Below are positions 1 through 11,057 of a DNA stretch of 64,000 bases, one piece after another. The notes beneath the pieces were generated by a model. That model was not told where the DNA came from. It saw only the letters and a program-made list of their open reading frames with translations, and ran no database searches. Origin of the DNA: Torpedo marmorata (Eukaryota). Location of the stretch: the NCBI GenBank assembly GCA_977017645.1, contig OZ360257.1, forward strand, positions 14,508,001-14,572,000, written 5' to 3'. The position numbers and the translations under genes are program-made. Positions within the stretch are counted from its first letter, which is position 1, and each line of letters starts with the position of its first letter.

Positions 1-395
1 TTATTTCTTATCTGAAATACTTGGTCTGATTTTTGTGTGGATTTTAAAATAATTACATTTCCCAATTAAAAGCAAAATGGTTAAAATATTTTTCAAGATG
101 CCAAAGCTGAATTTAAAAAATACCAATGAACAGTCAAATCATCGCAAATGTTTGCGTTTGTTCGCTCTTTCAGGAATTTGTATGTAAACGTCCTCATTGT
201 AATAACGGGGACGTGAAAGTATAATGTTGTTTGGAATGATTCATGCCTCTGATCAACCTCAGCAATTATGACTCGACTTCACCTATTTCCTGAAATGATA
301 ATCTGTGACGAATGAGTATCATCATGTGTTCATGTGTCACCAGAGGTTAACTTTATTTATAAGTGAAGCGTTATTGTGAAGTCCAGCAAACTTAA

Positions 396-2640
396 AAGAA
401 GCGACGAGTAATTATAGAGATCGAAAAAATACTATCCTATTCTTGAACAGTTGGTGAACCTGGTAATCCATCTAACATAAGCTAAAACAATTTATTAGTC
501 GAATTTTAATACATAGCTCTTCCACCGGCGCAATGCTCTTGTCAATTGAATAGACGCGTTGATTTTTCTGAGGTAAGTGTGCAACTTTAACGAAACAACT
601 CGCAAATATTCGAGTTGTTTTTCCAATTTTAACTTATCACAATGCGGCGAAATAACGTTTAGTGAATGATTGTAAATAGTTGAACTTGTAGCTTTGCTTG
701 TGGATAAATACTTTTAATGGACGGTGCGCAGCCAAGCCAGCCACTCGGAAAGAATCCCCACAGGCCGATCCAAAATACGGAAGTATGAGTGCTATCTTGC
801 TTCATAACAAAGCGATTTTACACCGCTCACGATAAATGTAAGGCCCAGCCTGGTGGCTTTTGTTTCCTCAACTTACCAACAGCTTTAAGGACTTGTTACA
901 GCAGGAGCAGAGCAGCCTGATTGCTCATATTGCAAACAGCAGGTTCATGGAGCTTCCCACTGCTCCACGCAGCTGCAGAGCGCGATAGAAATTAGGCTGC
1001 AATACCAACCCTGGATCCAAACTTATCCACACTTTTCAGAGGATTTGATCATGTCTCATCGTCTGATTGTAACTTCCATCGTGTCTTCTATGGAGGAAGA
1101 GCTTCCAAAGAATGACCTCAGATAAACGCCAACAAGAACAGCGTTTGAAAAGCTATTGGTAAAATTCCGAGAGCCAGAATGAATTTGCCCTTGGAGAGAA
1201 GGATATTGATTAGGGATAGTGCAAATCAATAAAAACTGTACACAGCGTATACATGTAAACAAATAAAGAAATGTAAACAGATAACGACTTTAAACAAACT
1301 GACTGTGCAATACAGAGAGAATAACAAATAAAATAAAATTATGAAGTGCACAAGTAAGAGTCCTTAAATGAGTCCCTGATTCAGTTTGTTGTTGTGGAGT
1401 CTGATGGTGAAGGGGTAGCAGTTGTTCCTGAACCTCGTGGTGCGAGTCCTGTGGCTTGTCTCTTGTGTCTTGTGGGGGAGATTGTGGAAGGTTAAGGTCG
1501 ACACTTTCCCTCAGGAACATGCATCATGTTCAGCTGAGCGTGATCAAGCTTTGGCCCCTGACGTCAGGAGAGATGAATCTGATCTCGGCTCCCATACAAC
1601 ATCAGCACAATAAAAGTGAAGGCGCACAAGTCTAAGTTGAGCGAACGCTCGAAGACCAATCGCGCTAACGACACTCTCTTAATACTACCAGATAAACGTG
1701 GTTCAATTATTATATAATTGCAGCAAATCAAGAAATGAACAATGATCAGAGAACATTATTAATCTAAATCTCCGTGTTTTGCAGCTAATTTACTGCCAAT
1801 CTTCATCTGCTCCGTGGAAATTGCGGCCTCTCTAAATGCGTCCCCCCGCATTTGCTGGGAATGGCAGAAGCTGACTCAATGGTTGTTACATTTGATCTGA
1901 TTTTTAACGAGATTATTGATGGATATTTTACACATTCATTCTTCAATCGGACACCTGATTTCAGAGTTATTCTCACTATGCTGTTTATTTCCATTGACTG
2001 TTCCGTGTGGGTAACTGTGGCTTTCACGAGCGATCGATTTGTTTCTATTTGTCACCAAATGCTACGAGCAAAATATTGCATTCAAAACATTGTGACTGCA
2101 GCGATAGCGATGGTGATTTATTCAAGCTGTGGAGTAAACATCCCGTACCATCTTTTTACGAACCTCACGAAGTAACTGATAATGTTGAAGGTTATTGTTC
2201 TGTAAAATCAAGCTTCTTCACGTTACCCATTCGGGCAGATTTTCTCTGGCTGGGAACTGTCTTGACCCCAATTGCAACTAATATATTGATCTCGCTTCTA
2301 AATTCCCTGACCATGAGGCACGTGATACTTGCTCACCGAGTGACGAGCGTATTCCGAGGAAGAAACAGGAACGGGAATCTCACTGACCGAGAGACGACGA
2401 AACGCAGGAAATAGATGAATCTGTTGCTCGTCATTTCCCGCACTGTTATTCTCTTGTGGATGGTTCAGGAGTTCATTTATTCATCATCCCAATTGTACGA
2501 TGACAAACCGGCGGAACAGCGTTTTCCAGTCCACGCTGCAGAACAGTGCAAATCAGGCTTTAGATATCACAGATATACTAACAAAACGTTACTTGAATAC
2601 ACTGCATGAGTGCATATGTTAAAATAAATATTCGTAATAA
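396..2640 (+). pseudogene. Type B GPR139-like GPCR pseudogene, copy 1
   Basis: Degenerate exon 1 at ~396-462 (VIIEIEK..YPIL, donor gtaat). Acceptor ttttgcag at 1784, then frameshifted ANLL..RGNCGLSKC, GMAEADSMVV, DCSVWVTVAFTSDRFVSIC, LLNSLTMRH and LLLVIS..ILLWM. Confidence 0.8.
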
Positions 2641-2654
2641 ATAGTAGAGTCACG

Positions 2655-3135
2655 GACATTTGTTTTATCAGTCATTCAGCATTCTCACTGCCCGTGGGAA
2701 GAAACTTTTTCTCAGCGTGGTGTTTCTGGCTCTGATACTCCTGTATCTTTGTTCCCGACGGGAGTAACTGGCAGATGCTGCGTGCGGGGTGAGAAGGGCC
2801 TGCCTTATTTCGCGAGCCCTCTGTAAACAAAGAACCCGGTAAATTCTATCGATGGGATGTGGAGTGGGTGGGGAGAGTTTGGAGGGCACACCAGTGATCT
2901 TCTCAGCCGTTTTTATGGTCATTTTTATTGACCTCCAATCCGATGCTCCTCAGCGACAGTGATGCAGCCGGTCAGGTCGCTTTCAATAGAGTTCATGCAG
3001 AAAGGTGACAGACTGATTGCCCGTAACCTTGCCCGCCTCCGTCTTCTAAGGAACTGCAGTTGGTGGTCGACGTTCCTGACAATTGAGGAGATGTTATGTG
3101 TCCAAAATAGATGACTTAAAAATTGGACACCGAGG
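2655..3135 (-). mobile_element. Antisense Rex/Babar-like LINE 3' fragment (repeated in most units; similar fragments at ~6990-7400)
   Basis: Minus strand IESDLTGCITV...RYRSIRARNTTLRKSFFPRAVRMLN. Confidence 0.7.
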
Positions 3136-4259
3136 AACGTGATATATTCGGGGGAACATGAGGGGAGCTTATTGGCTAGTTGTGAGAGAGTGGTCGAGCT
3201 GCCTGATAACGTGGTGAATGAGCTCAATTTTGATTTAAAGAAAGATTTGGATAGGTACATTGATGGAAGGGGGTATGGAGGGATGTCGTCCGGGTGCATA
3301 TCAATGGATCTATGCAGAATTGTGCTTCGGCTCGAATTAGATGGGCGGATGATCTCGTTTCTCTCCTGTTGTATTCTTTGGTTAATAAATTAAGGGATGT
3401 GGGAAAGTTAAATAGACCGCAATGTAGATCCGCTATGTTGTTTTAAATTCACATTAATTTATATGATTTTATATTCTTATTTACAAATTACAAAAAGGAC
3501 TGGCCAGCGGATCTGCAAATTATTTATCCACTATCGTAGCTGATATATTTCTGCACGTCTTTGCCTCACTTAAGACTTGCAGAACAGAAATGTTAACTGA
3601 CCATTTCTCTCGACAGATGCTTCCTTACTCGCTGGGAACATAAGCGCATCAGAGCACATTGCAGGCCCTTCAGCCTACGATGTTCTACTGAACTTTGTAG
3701 ATGTACTCCACGGCAATCTAATTTTTCCCCAACGCACACCCACTAACCTCTTATGAGACCTTCCAGTTACTCGATATTAAAGTAAGATTTCAGAATCTGC
3801 AATTCTTGTTTTTCTCGTTTCTTATATTTTAATTAGTCACACGAATCTCCTCCATCTCCCTCCTCCTTATCTCCATCCCAGGATGGGGCCTCTCAGCGCA
3901 CCATCACCGCCTTGTCCCGTTGGATTGTGTTGGTGTGGCCGCATTCAATAGAACTGTGCAAACCTCGGCAGTTACTTTTCTGACCCTTGGCTCAACTTCG
4001 CTTAACGTTCTGGTCTCTGTGGCAGTTGTTGAAGCCACGGGAAATGTTCACCTGAACCTGAATGCGACAGACCTTGGGTTGATCATGGATGGCAACTGGA
4101 AAATTAGATTCGCGGGTCTAAAATGCATCGGACTCTCATATGAACGCGAAGAGAAGCGACGATGTCAGTGCAGACGCAGTGACGTGTGACCAAATCCCCT
4201 CAGAGTCGAGGATAAATCGAAGCAAAGGGAGATGTATAAACGCGACACTCCAGTGCCAC

Positions 4260-4432
4260 AGTTCAAGGTCACGTGTGGCAGCGAGCTCGCACCTGAACCT
4301 TGTTTATTGCGATCCCTCGGGTCATTTACTGTGGGCCGAGCTAACTCAGTTCATAAATTTAGAATGAACTGGTACTGTCTGTTAAATCAAGTATGTGGAG
4401 ATGTTATGTAATTTAATGTCCCAGTGGAAACG
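4260..4432 (+). promoter_or_regulatory. Candidate proximal promoter block of type A genes
   Basis: TCAAGGTCACGTG, GCGAGCTCGC, CACCTG and TGTTTA, then TAATTTAATG-TCCCAGTGGAAA, 100-270 bp upstream of the ATG. Similar blocks precede all five copies. Confidence 0.35.
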
Positions 4433-4529
4433 GCTGTCCTATAAATTAGGCTTCACTGTGAATCTCTTCGTTCTGGCACCTGGACCTGTGCTGCATAGAA
4501 AACGTTCCTATCCTCAAACGGTGCCACGA

Positions 4530-4581
4530 ATGGACGCCACGGAGATCTTCTATCCCATTATTGCTATTGTCGGCATTCCTG
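4530..4581 (+). CDS. GPR139-like class A GPCR, type A copy 1, coding exon 1 (MDATEIFYPIIAIVGIP)
   Basis: ATG at 4530; 52 nt (17 codons plus 1 nt) ending at the donor G|gtaagt (4582). Joins in frame to exon 2 at 7491 to give ...GIPANLLSIVVLSRG, a TM1 with the conserved Asn. Confidence 0.85.
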
Positions 4582-4789
4582 GTAAGTGATTTTGCTGCGA
4601 TCTCCGCCGTTTGGTTCCTGGTTGTCAGTATTCCGGAGGAGTATCCCCTCTTTACCGCGTGTAGTAATTACAGCAGATTGATCCCCGTTTCACTTACATG
4701 TTTCACTTAATTATTTCATGATTTGCTGTCTCTGTCGCCATCTGGCACAGGGCGGTTCTGACAGGGACAGAGAGAGAGAATGTTGGTCA

Positions 4790-6070
4790 GACGTCTCCCT
4801 GTCAGGATGTAAAGAATCATTGGATCCGATGTTGTTGAAGATAGGGCATGTCCAGTCATTGGAAAATAAAGCAGACGACCTCAGGGCCAGAGTGCTTCAG
4901 CAGAGGCCGGTGCGGCAAATCTTAATGGTTTACTGCCCAGAGTCCGTGCTAACAGAGAACATATCAAATGCCGCATCCGACCAGATGTTTCATCATTCAC
5001 AGACTGGTTAGGGACCTGGATTCTGGCAAGGGGATTGGGCACAGTGTACGATTTTCAGTTAATATCGGCTGGTTCACGGACGGTGGTGTAATGTCGACCA
5101 CATGTCGAACATTGGCTAGTCCTCATGCACCCCTGGGCGTCTTTTAGACCATTGTTCTTCTCGGTTTACTTCTACGAATGCGTGACTCGGTAGGACAAAG
5201 TCTAAAATAACTACAAATGCGCTGACAATGCAACATTAGTGTGTCGTATCGAAAGGGGTAATGAGTCAGCATACAGGATGCAGATTTAAAGTCACACACA
5301 AAGTCACCAAAACACAGGAGCTGATTGTGGAATACAAGAATATAAAAGCAGATCAGAGGTGGAGAGATTTCACCAATTTCAAATCATGGGAGTCACAAAC
5401 TTGAAGGAACTTTTCTGGACCTTACGTACTTATTTCATCGTGAAGAAAGTACTTCAACTCCTCCACATACTCAGGAGTTTGCCGAGGTTTACAGTCAGAT
5501 TTGGTAAACTTCGGCAGATGTGCAGCGTAAATTGTTCGGACCGGCTGCATTACGGCTGGCAATGGGGATACCAATATCTATAAGTGAAAATGCCCTGCAA
5601 AGGTTACTTTACACAGAACAGTTCATCATAGCAAACCTCTCCCCATTATCGAGAAAATCTACATGGAACGCTGCTTTATGAGAACAGCAGCAATCATCAA
5701 GCATTTACCCCACCCACACCACTCTGCTCTCGATGCTGCCATCAGGAAAGAGGTGTAGGTGCCACAATACTGGTACTACCATTATCAAGAACAGTGGGTA
5801 TCCCTCCTTCATCAGACTGCTAAACAGACTCAATCAGGGACTCTTTTAAGGACTCTTACTTTGCACAATATTAACGACAATATTTATGTTTTTCTATATT
5901 TACACTTTCAGTTTGTTTACATTTATTTCTTTATTTACGTCTCTCTTTTGTGTGCATATATTTTCCTTGAGAACATTTTGCACAATCTATTAGTACAAAT
6001 TCTGCCTTGTCCACAGGAAAAAATAAAATCATCGCATGGTTGCATTTGATGTCATGTATGTACGCTGAAA
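4790..6070 (+). mobile_element. Internally deleted Rex/Babar-like LINE in the type A intron (homologues at ~22230-23570, 38570-39885; variant at 52600-53250)
   Basis: VQSLENKADDLRAR (endonuclease start) followed by RT C-terminal remnants (DESAYR, TKTQELI, LPSGKR) and a 3' tail. Confidence 0.7.
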
Positions 6071-7490
6071 CTTGAAGGACATGACACTCACCAGCTGCTC
6101 TCCTTTTGGTGGGACAATTAATGCAAATGGTTTGTGGTCGGAGCTAACTTTCAGTTTGGATATTCCACAGATTGGTGGTGTCGGATGTTGAATATGCAGT
6201 CGATAAATCCCGTTCCTTCGCACATCGTACTCCATCTATTAAACATATAACGCAGAACATTATAACACCTCCACGATGTTGTTCTGACCTCTATAAACCT
6301 CATCCACAACATCCAGGTTTCTCCACCTCACACCTATGACGATCTATTTTACTAACGACCATGTACCTATATCAGTGTGTTTTAAAAGTCGATGCCTTAC
6401 CCGCCTCCACCACCAAACCATGCAATAAATTCCAGGCGCCCACCTTTTTGGAGTAAAACAAAAACGTATCTCCGACATCTCCCCTACACGCTCCTCCCCT
6501 CAACTGAATCAGATGTCATCTGCTTTTCCCAATGGAAAGGTTTTGGCTTTCCAACCCATCCAGACTCCTTATAATCTTGTATACCCCTATTAATTCACCT
6601 CTTCCCCTTTGTCGCTCAGAGAAAGCCATACCCCTGTCATCTTACCTTCATACGAGAAGTTCTCCAATCCAGGTATCACCTTTCAAACCCTCTCCAGAGC
6701 ATCTTCATCCTTCCTATAATGAGGCGACCGGAACTGAAAGTAACCTGTTGAACTGTTTATCGTCACGTGGTGGGATAAAATTGAAAAAGGTATTGTTTTG
6801 CTTGCTATCCAGGCAAATCAACCCATATAAATTACAGCAGGCAGTGCAAGGATAACAAATAGTACTGGTGATACTGTTACCATAAAAGTATAGCATGTCG
6901 TGTTAAAGACAATGGTGCTGTTAAGCAGATCACGGTATTACATTTTACTCATGAGAAGTCCATTCACGAGCTGGACTAAGTGCCCTTGAATCTAGCGTCG
7001 TGTGATTGCCAACTTGTTCTTCTTCTGCTCGACGGGAGGGAGAAGGAGAATCTGTTATGGGGTGGAATGGATATGTTAACATTATCTACACACGAGGCGG
7101 TGAGAGGTATGGACGGAGTCGATGGACGGGATGTTGGCTTGTTTTAAAACCCTGACATGCGTTCATTATTCTCCGTAGTTTGTTAAGACCCTGAGCAGAG
7201 CATTTTCCAACACAATCAGTGAATCACGCGCACTGGATGCTTACTATTCTGCATCTGCATACAAGATTCAGGTTCAATGGTGCCATGCGGAATTTCCTCA
7301 GCATCTGAGGCAGTGGAGGCGTTGCTGCGCTTTCCGTTCCGTACCACCAAGAGTAATGTCAGCAAATGCATAGATTACAGGAGCATGCCAATGACCCGGT
7401 TAGGTTATTCCTATGATTCCATTGTTAAAATCTCGTTAAAGCTGTTGGCCTGTTTTTCTGGTAGTTTACTGGTATTCCATCTTGTTACAG

Positions 7491-8395
7491 CTAACCTGCT
7501 CTCCATTGTAGTCCTGTCCCGGGGAACGTGCGGCCTCTCCAAAGGAGTGATTCGTTACATGGTAACCATGGCAGTTGCAGACACAATGGTCTGTGTGTTT
7601 AACGTTACTTTGGGAAACGTCTTCCGCTATTATTTTCCACGTTCCTTCCTGTCACGCACCTCCACTTGTCGTCTGATTACCATCATACAGAAAGCCAGCG
7701 TACAATTCTCTGTCTCGGTCACGGTATCATTTACAATCGACCGCTTCATTGCGATTTGTTGCCAGAAATTGAAAACAAAATATTGTACCAAAAGGAACGC
7801 CACGGTAATTCTAACGACGGTGTGTGTGCTTAGCTTTTTGATGCATATTCCAGCTTATTTCCAGTATGAACGCCAATACGTTGTGGGTGATGTCCAGTGG
7901 GGCTGCAGCACTATAACACAATATGTTTCTTCACCAGCATGGCAGACTTACAGATGGTTGTCCAATCTCTTGGTATCATATGTGCCGCTGCCGCTTATGT
8001 TGCTGTTAAATTCACTCACCGCCCGAAACATTTTACAGGTCAGCAGAGCTCGGAGGGCTTTGAAGCGCCGTGTGGACGGTGAGGTCCGTGATCCCGAGAT
8101 GACGAGCCGAAGAACGTCCATTATTTTGCTCTTCGCCATCTCTGGGACGTTCATAGCGTTGTGGACACCAGTTACGATAATTGACGTTTGTTTCCATCTC
8201 ACTGCAAATTTTGCAGTCGACGCCCCGACTTCAATCTATCTGGCCATTAGAATCGCACTTCTGCTAATGTATTTGAGTTCCTGTACAAACACTTGTGTTT
8301 ATGCATTGACACAGAGGAGATTCCGAAAGGAAGTGGCGAAGGTGTTAAAATATCCATTTATTGTCCTTGTTCGGTTTTTTAACCCAATTAAGTAG
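7491..8395 (+). CDS. GPR139-like class A GPCR, type A copy 1, exon 2 (spliced protein ~318 aa)
   Basis: Acceptor cttgttacag|CT at 7490/7491. Open frame with MAVAD (TM2), Cys at the top of TM3, DRF, WGC in ECL2, WTP (TM6), NTCVY (NPxxY variant) and a helix 8 FRKEV. The ANLL..LSRG.CGLSK pattern is typical of GPR139-like receptors. Confidence 0.9.
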
Positions 8396-8419
8396 CCACG
8401 ATGAATCAGAGTTCATGGA

Positions 8420-9015
8420 ACTGTTCCTCAGTTCGTTTCCAATTTCGACTCTTGACGTTTCTGAATCATCCGCGGTTTGGTAAGCCCCGTAAAACAATGC
8501 ACACCTCACACACCGTTCTCACACCAACATGTCTGTACATTGCCTCATGTGCTGCCCAAAAGGAGGCCATCTGCAAATTGGAGGAACACCACCTTATTTC
8601 CTGTCTTGGCTGTCTCAAGCAGACTTCATCAATATCGAATTGGAATTTCGGTTAACAACACCTCCCTGTGTCCATCTTCTTCCCTATCCCTCTGTCTCCT
8701 ATCCTACAGCCCCCTTGCCTTCGTTCTCCTATCACAGAGCTAGCACACACCTTTCACTTGTCAGCTTGTTTATCTTCTACTTTCCCACCTGTATAAATCT
8801 TACCTATTACCTGTTAGCCTGTGCTCCCCCACTTTCTCATCCTTTCCGCCGCTGCTCCCATCCCCCCACATCTTTTTAGATAGGCGCCTGCCTGTTTTTC
8901 TGCCTTAATCCCTATGAAGATCCCAGGCCTGAATGTTCGTTATCCTTTACTTTCTATTGATGCTGCGTGCCCTGTTGGGTTTCTCCATTAGCACAGCATC
9001 TGACGACTTTCTTTT
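8420..9015 (+). mobile_element. Old Penelope-like 3' fragment just downstream of type A copy 1 (homologues at ~25940-26500, 35000-35560, 42260-42860, 55120-55700)
   Basis: CKLEEHHLI.CLG remnant of the GIY-YIG C-terminus, a pyrimidine-rich tract, a degenerate hammerhead (cctatgaag..ccaggcctgaatgtt) and the gatgctgc..cctg.tg.gtttctcca tail. Confidence 0.75.
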
Positions 9016-9057
9016 TTAACTCTTATTTCTAATTCTTATCCTGAAGCTTTTCATAAG

Positions 9058-9235
9058 CAAGGTTAGCGGAGCGTTTATTGCAACATTTTCACAGCGCCAG
9101 AGACGCGGGTTCGAATCCAGCGCCGTCAGTAAGGTGTTTGTATATATTCCCAGTGTCCGGGTGGGTTTCTCCGGGTACTCCGGATTCCTCCCACTCTTCA
9201 AAAAGTACGAGTTCTGGGTTAATTGGGTTATTTGG
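9058..9235 (+). mobile_element. tRNA-derived SINE with V-domain (copies at ~26540-26720, 42897-43075, 55743-55920)
   Basis: A-box-like ggttagc..agcg, B-box GGTTCGAATCC, and the V-SINE core gtgggtttctccgggtactccggattcctcccac. Confidence 0.75.
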
Positions 9236-9864
9236 GGGGGGGGAGTAACTGTGCGAAACTGGGAATGGATTTGGACTTCTCTAACCTTTAACGTAAGACA
9301 TCTGTTTCGAGTAAGTGGAGGAAATATTAGGAGAAGTTAGAGATAACGTATTTTACGCAGAGTGTGGTGGGTGGCTTAATTGCATTGCCCGGAGTGGTGG
9401 AAGAGGTTTGTACAATAGAAACATGCAAATAACTCTGATTTAGGGATATGAATGGAAGGAAAGTGGAGAGTTATGGGTGTGAATTATGGAAGGATGAGAT
9501 GGTTGAGGATTAGGTTTATACCGGTCGGCGCACCATCGTGGCCCGAAGGAAATATACTGTACCACTATGTTCTGTGTTCTAAAATTGTCATGGCTTAAAT
9601 TAAAGAACACGGTGATCGACTCGTAAATTCAGAATATTTTTTTTCATGACCGTAAATACAAATGTAACTGTGTAAACATTCAACGAAATGTTCAACGAAC
9701 CATGAATCAAAATATGTCCAGTTTAATAATTATATCAAAATCTACTTAAGGTTTATTGTCACATATAAAGTGCAAAGATGATATGATCGTTTTTTTTGCA
9801 ACATACCTGTAGACATTTCATACATAGTTCAACATGAGAGACACAGAAAAAAATCAGAGTTACA

Positions 9865-10040
9865 GAGAAGAAGAGAGGAAGAGTGTAGTAAGAGCAATAG
9901 CGAGTGAGAGCGAGAGAGGGAGAGGTAGAGGTAGTACTAGAGGTATATCTGGAGGGAACGGGACAGAAAGGGGGAGAGGGAGGGCAAGAGAGAGAGAGGG
10001 AGAGGGGGAGAGAGAGAGAGAGTGAGAGAGAGAGAGAAGT
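9865..10040 (+). repeat. GA-rich purine tract / (GA)n microsatellite (also ~27430-27612, 36290-36468, 56635-56940)
   Basis: Directly visible; length varies between units. Confidence 0.9.
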
Positions 10041-11057
10041 TGCTACGAACAAAGGCAACATAATTTTACCATTTGGAACTAATACACAAAATGAAGGGAA
10101 TTCTCAGCAGGTCAGGCGTCAGCTGTGTCAGAATCTTTAATTAAATTCTGTTTAAGAGCAGAATCGAACTTCATGGGTTCAAACATTTGAAAATTGTTTT
10201 CCTTTTCAATTTTTAAAAAAGACAGTACCCCAAACGTAGGTCTGAGTGCTGAAACAATACGACCGAACTAGGGGATACTTTAGCAGAGTCTCTGCAAGAA
10301 TGACCAGATTATTATAGTTCAGGGAGACTGATGAACCCATCGTGTCGATTGTGCCGCAAATCACCCGCTTTTTCCCCAAGCAGCATATTTTATGGCTCTG
10401 CAACTTTTCACGCAGTTATTTTCAAAATGAGATGTAATATTCTTTTTTCACCGCTCTGGGTCAAGTTCAGATTTTCAAGGTGCGTCTTTCCGAAAGCAGG
10501 GTTCATAATGATGAAAATACTATGTGCAGCAGTGTTTCCTGGCTATGCAAAACAAATCACATATATAGGTGCACACGTCGATTGTCTTGGAACAGCGCGA
10601 TGAATCCCTACAAAATACTGCAAACAATTTGTTTGCGATTTTGAAAATCACAATTACAGTTTGTTATTTATTATCTGAATTATTTGATCTGATTTTTGTG
10701 TGGATTTTAAAACAATTACATTTCCCACCAAAACGCAAAATGTTAAAATATTTTTCAAGTTGCCATCTCTGAATTTAAATAACACTAAGGAACAGCCAAG
10801 TCATCGTAAATGCATGCGTTTGTTCACTCTTTCAGGGATTTGTATGTAAACTTCCTCACTGTAATAACGTCGACGTGTAAATATTTTGTTGTTTGGAATG
10901 ATTCATGCCCCTGATCAACCTCAGCAATTATGACTCGACTTCATCTATTTGCTGAAATGAAAATCTATGACGAATGAGTATTATCATGTGTTCATGTGTC
11001 ACCAGAGGTTTACTTTATTTATAAGTGAGGCATTATTGTGATGTCCAGTAAACTTAA

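Noticed and set aside
7277-7490. N-terminal ~70 aa of the 372-aa ORF as part of the receptor
   Set aside because: It lies upstream of the conserved ttacag acceptor, derives partly from an antisense LINE remnant, and is closed by stops in the other copies.
9085-9130. tRNA gene (GGTTCGAATCC)
   Set aside because: This is the tRNA-derived head of a V-SINE; no full cloverleaf is evident.
9759-10140. Low-complexity ERERE / SLSLS ORFs (also ~27316, 36232, 56712)
   Set aside because: Translations of GA microsatellites.
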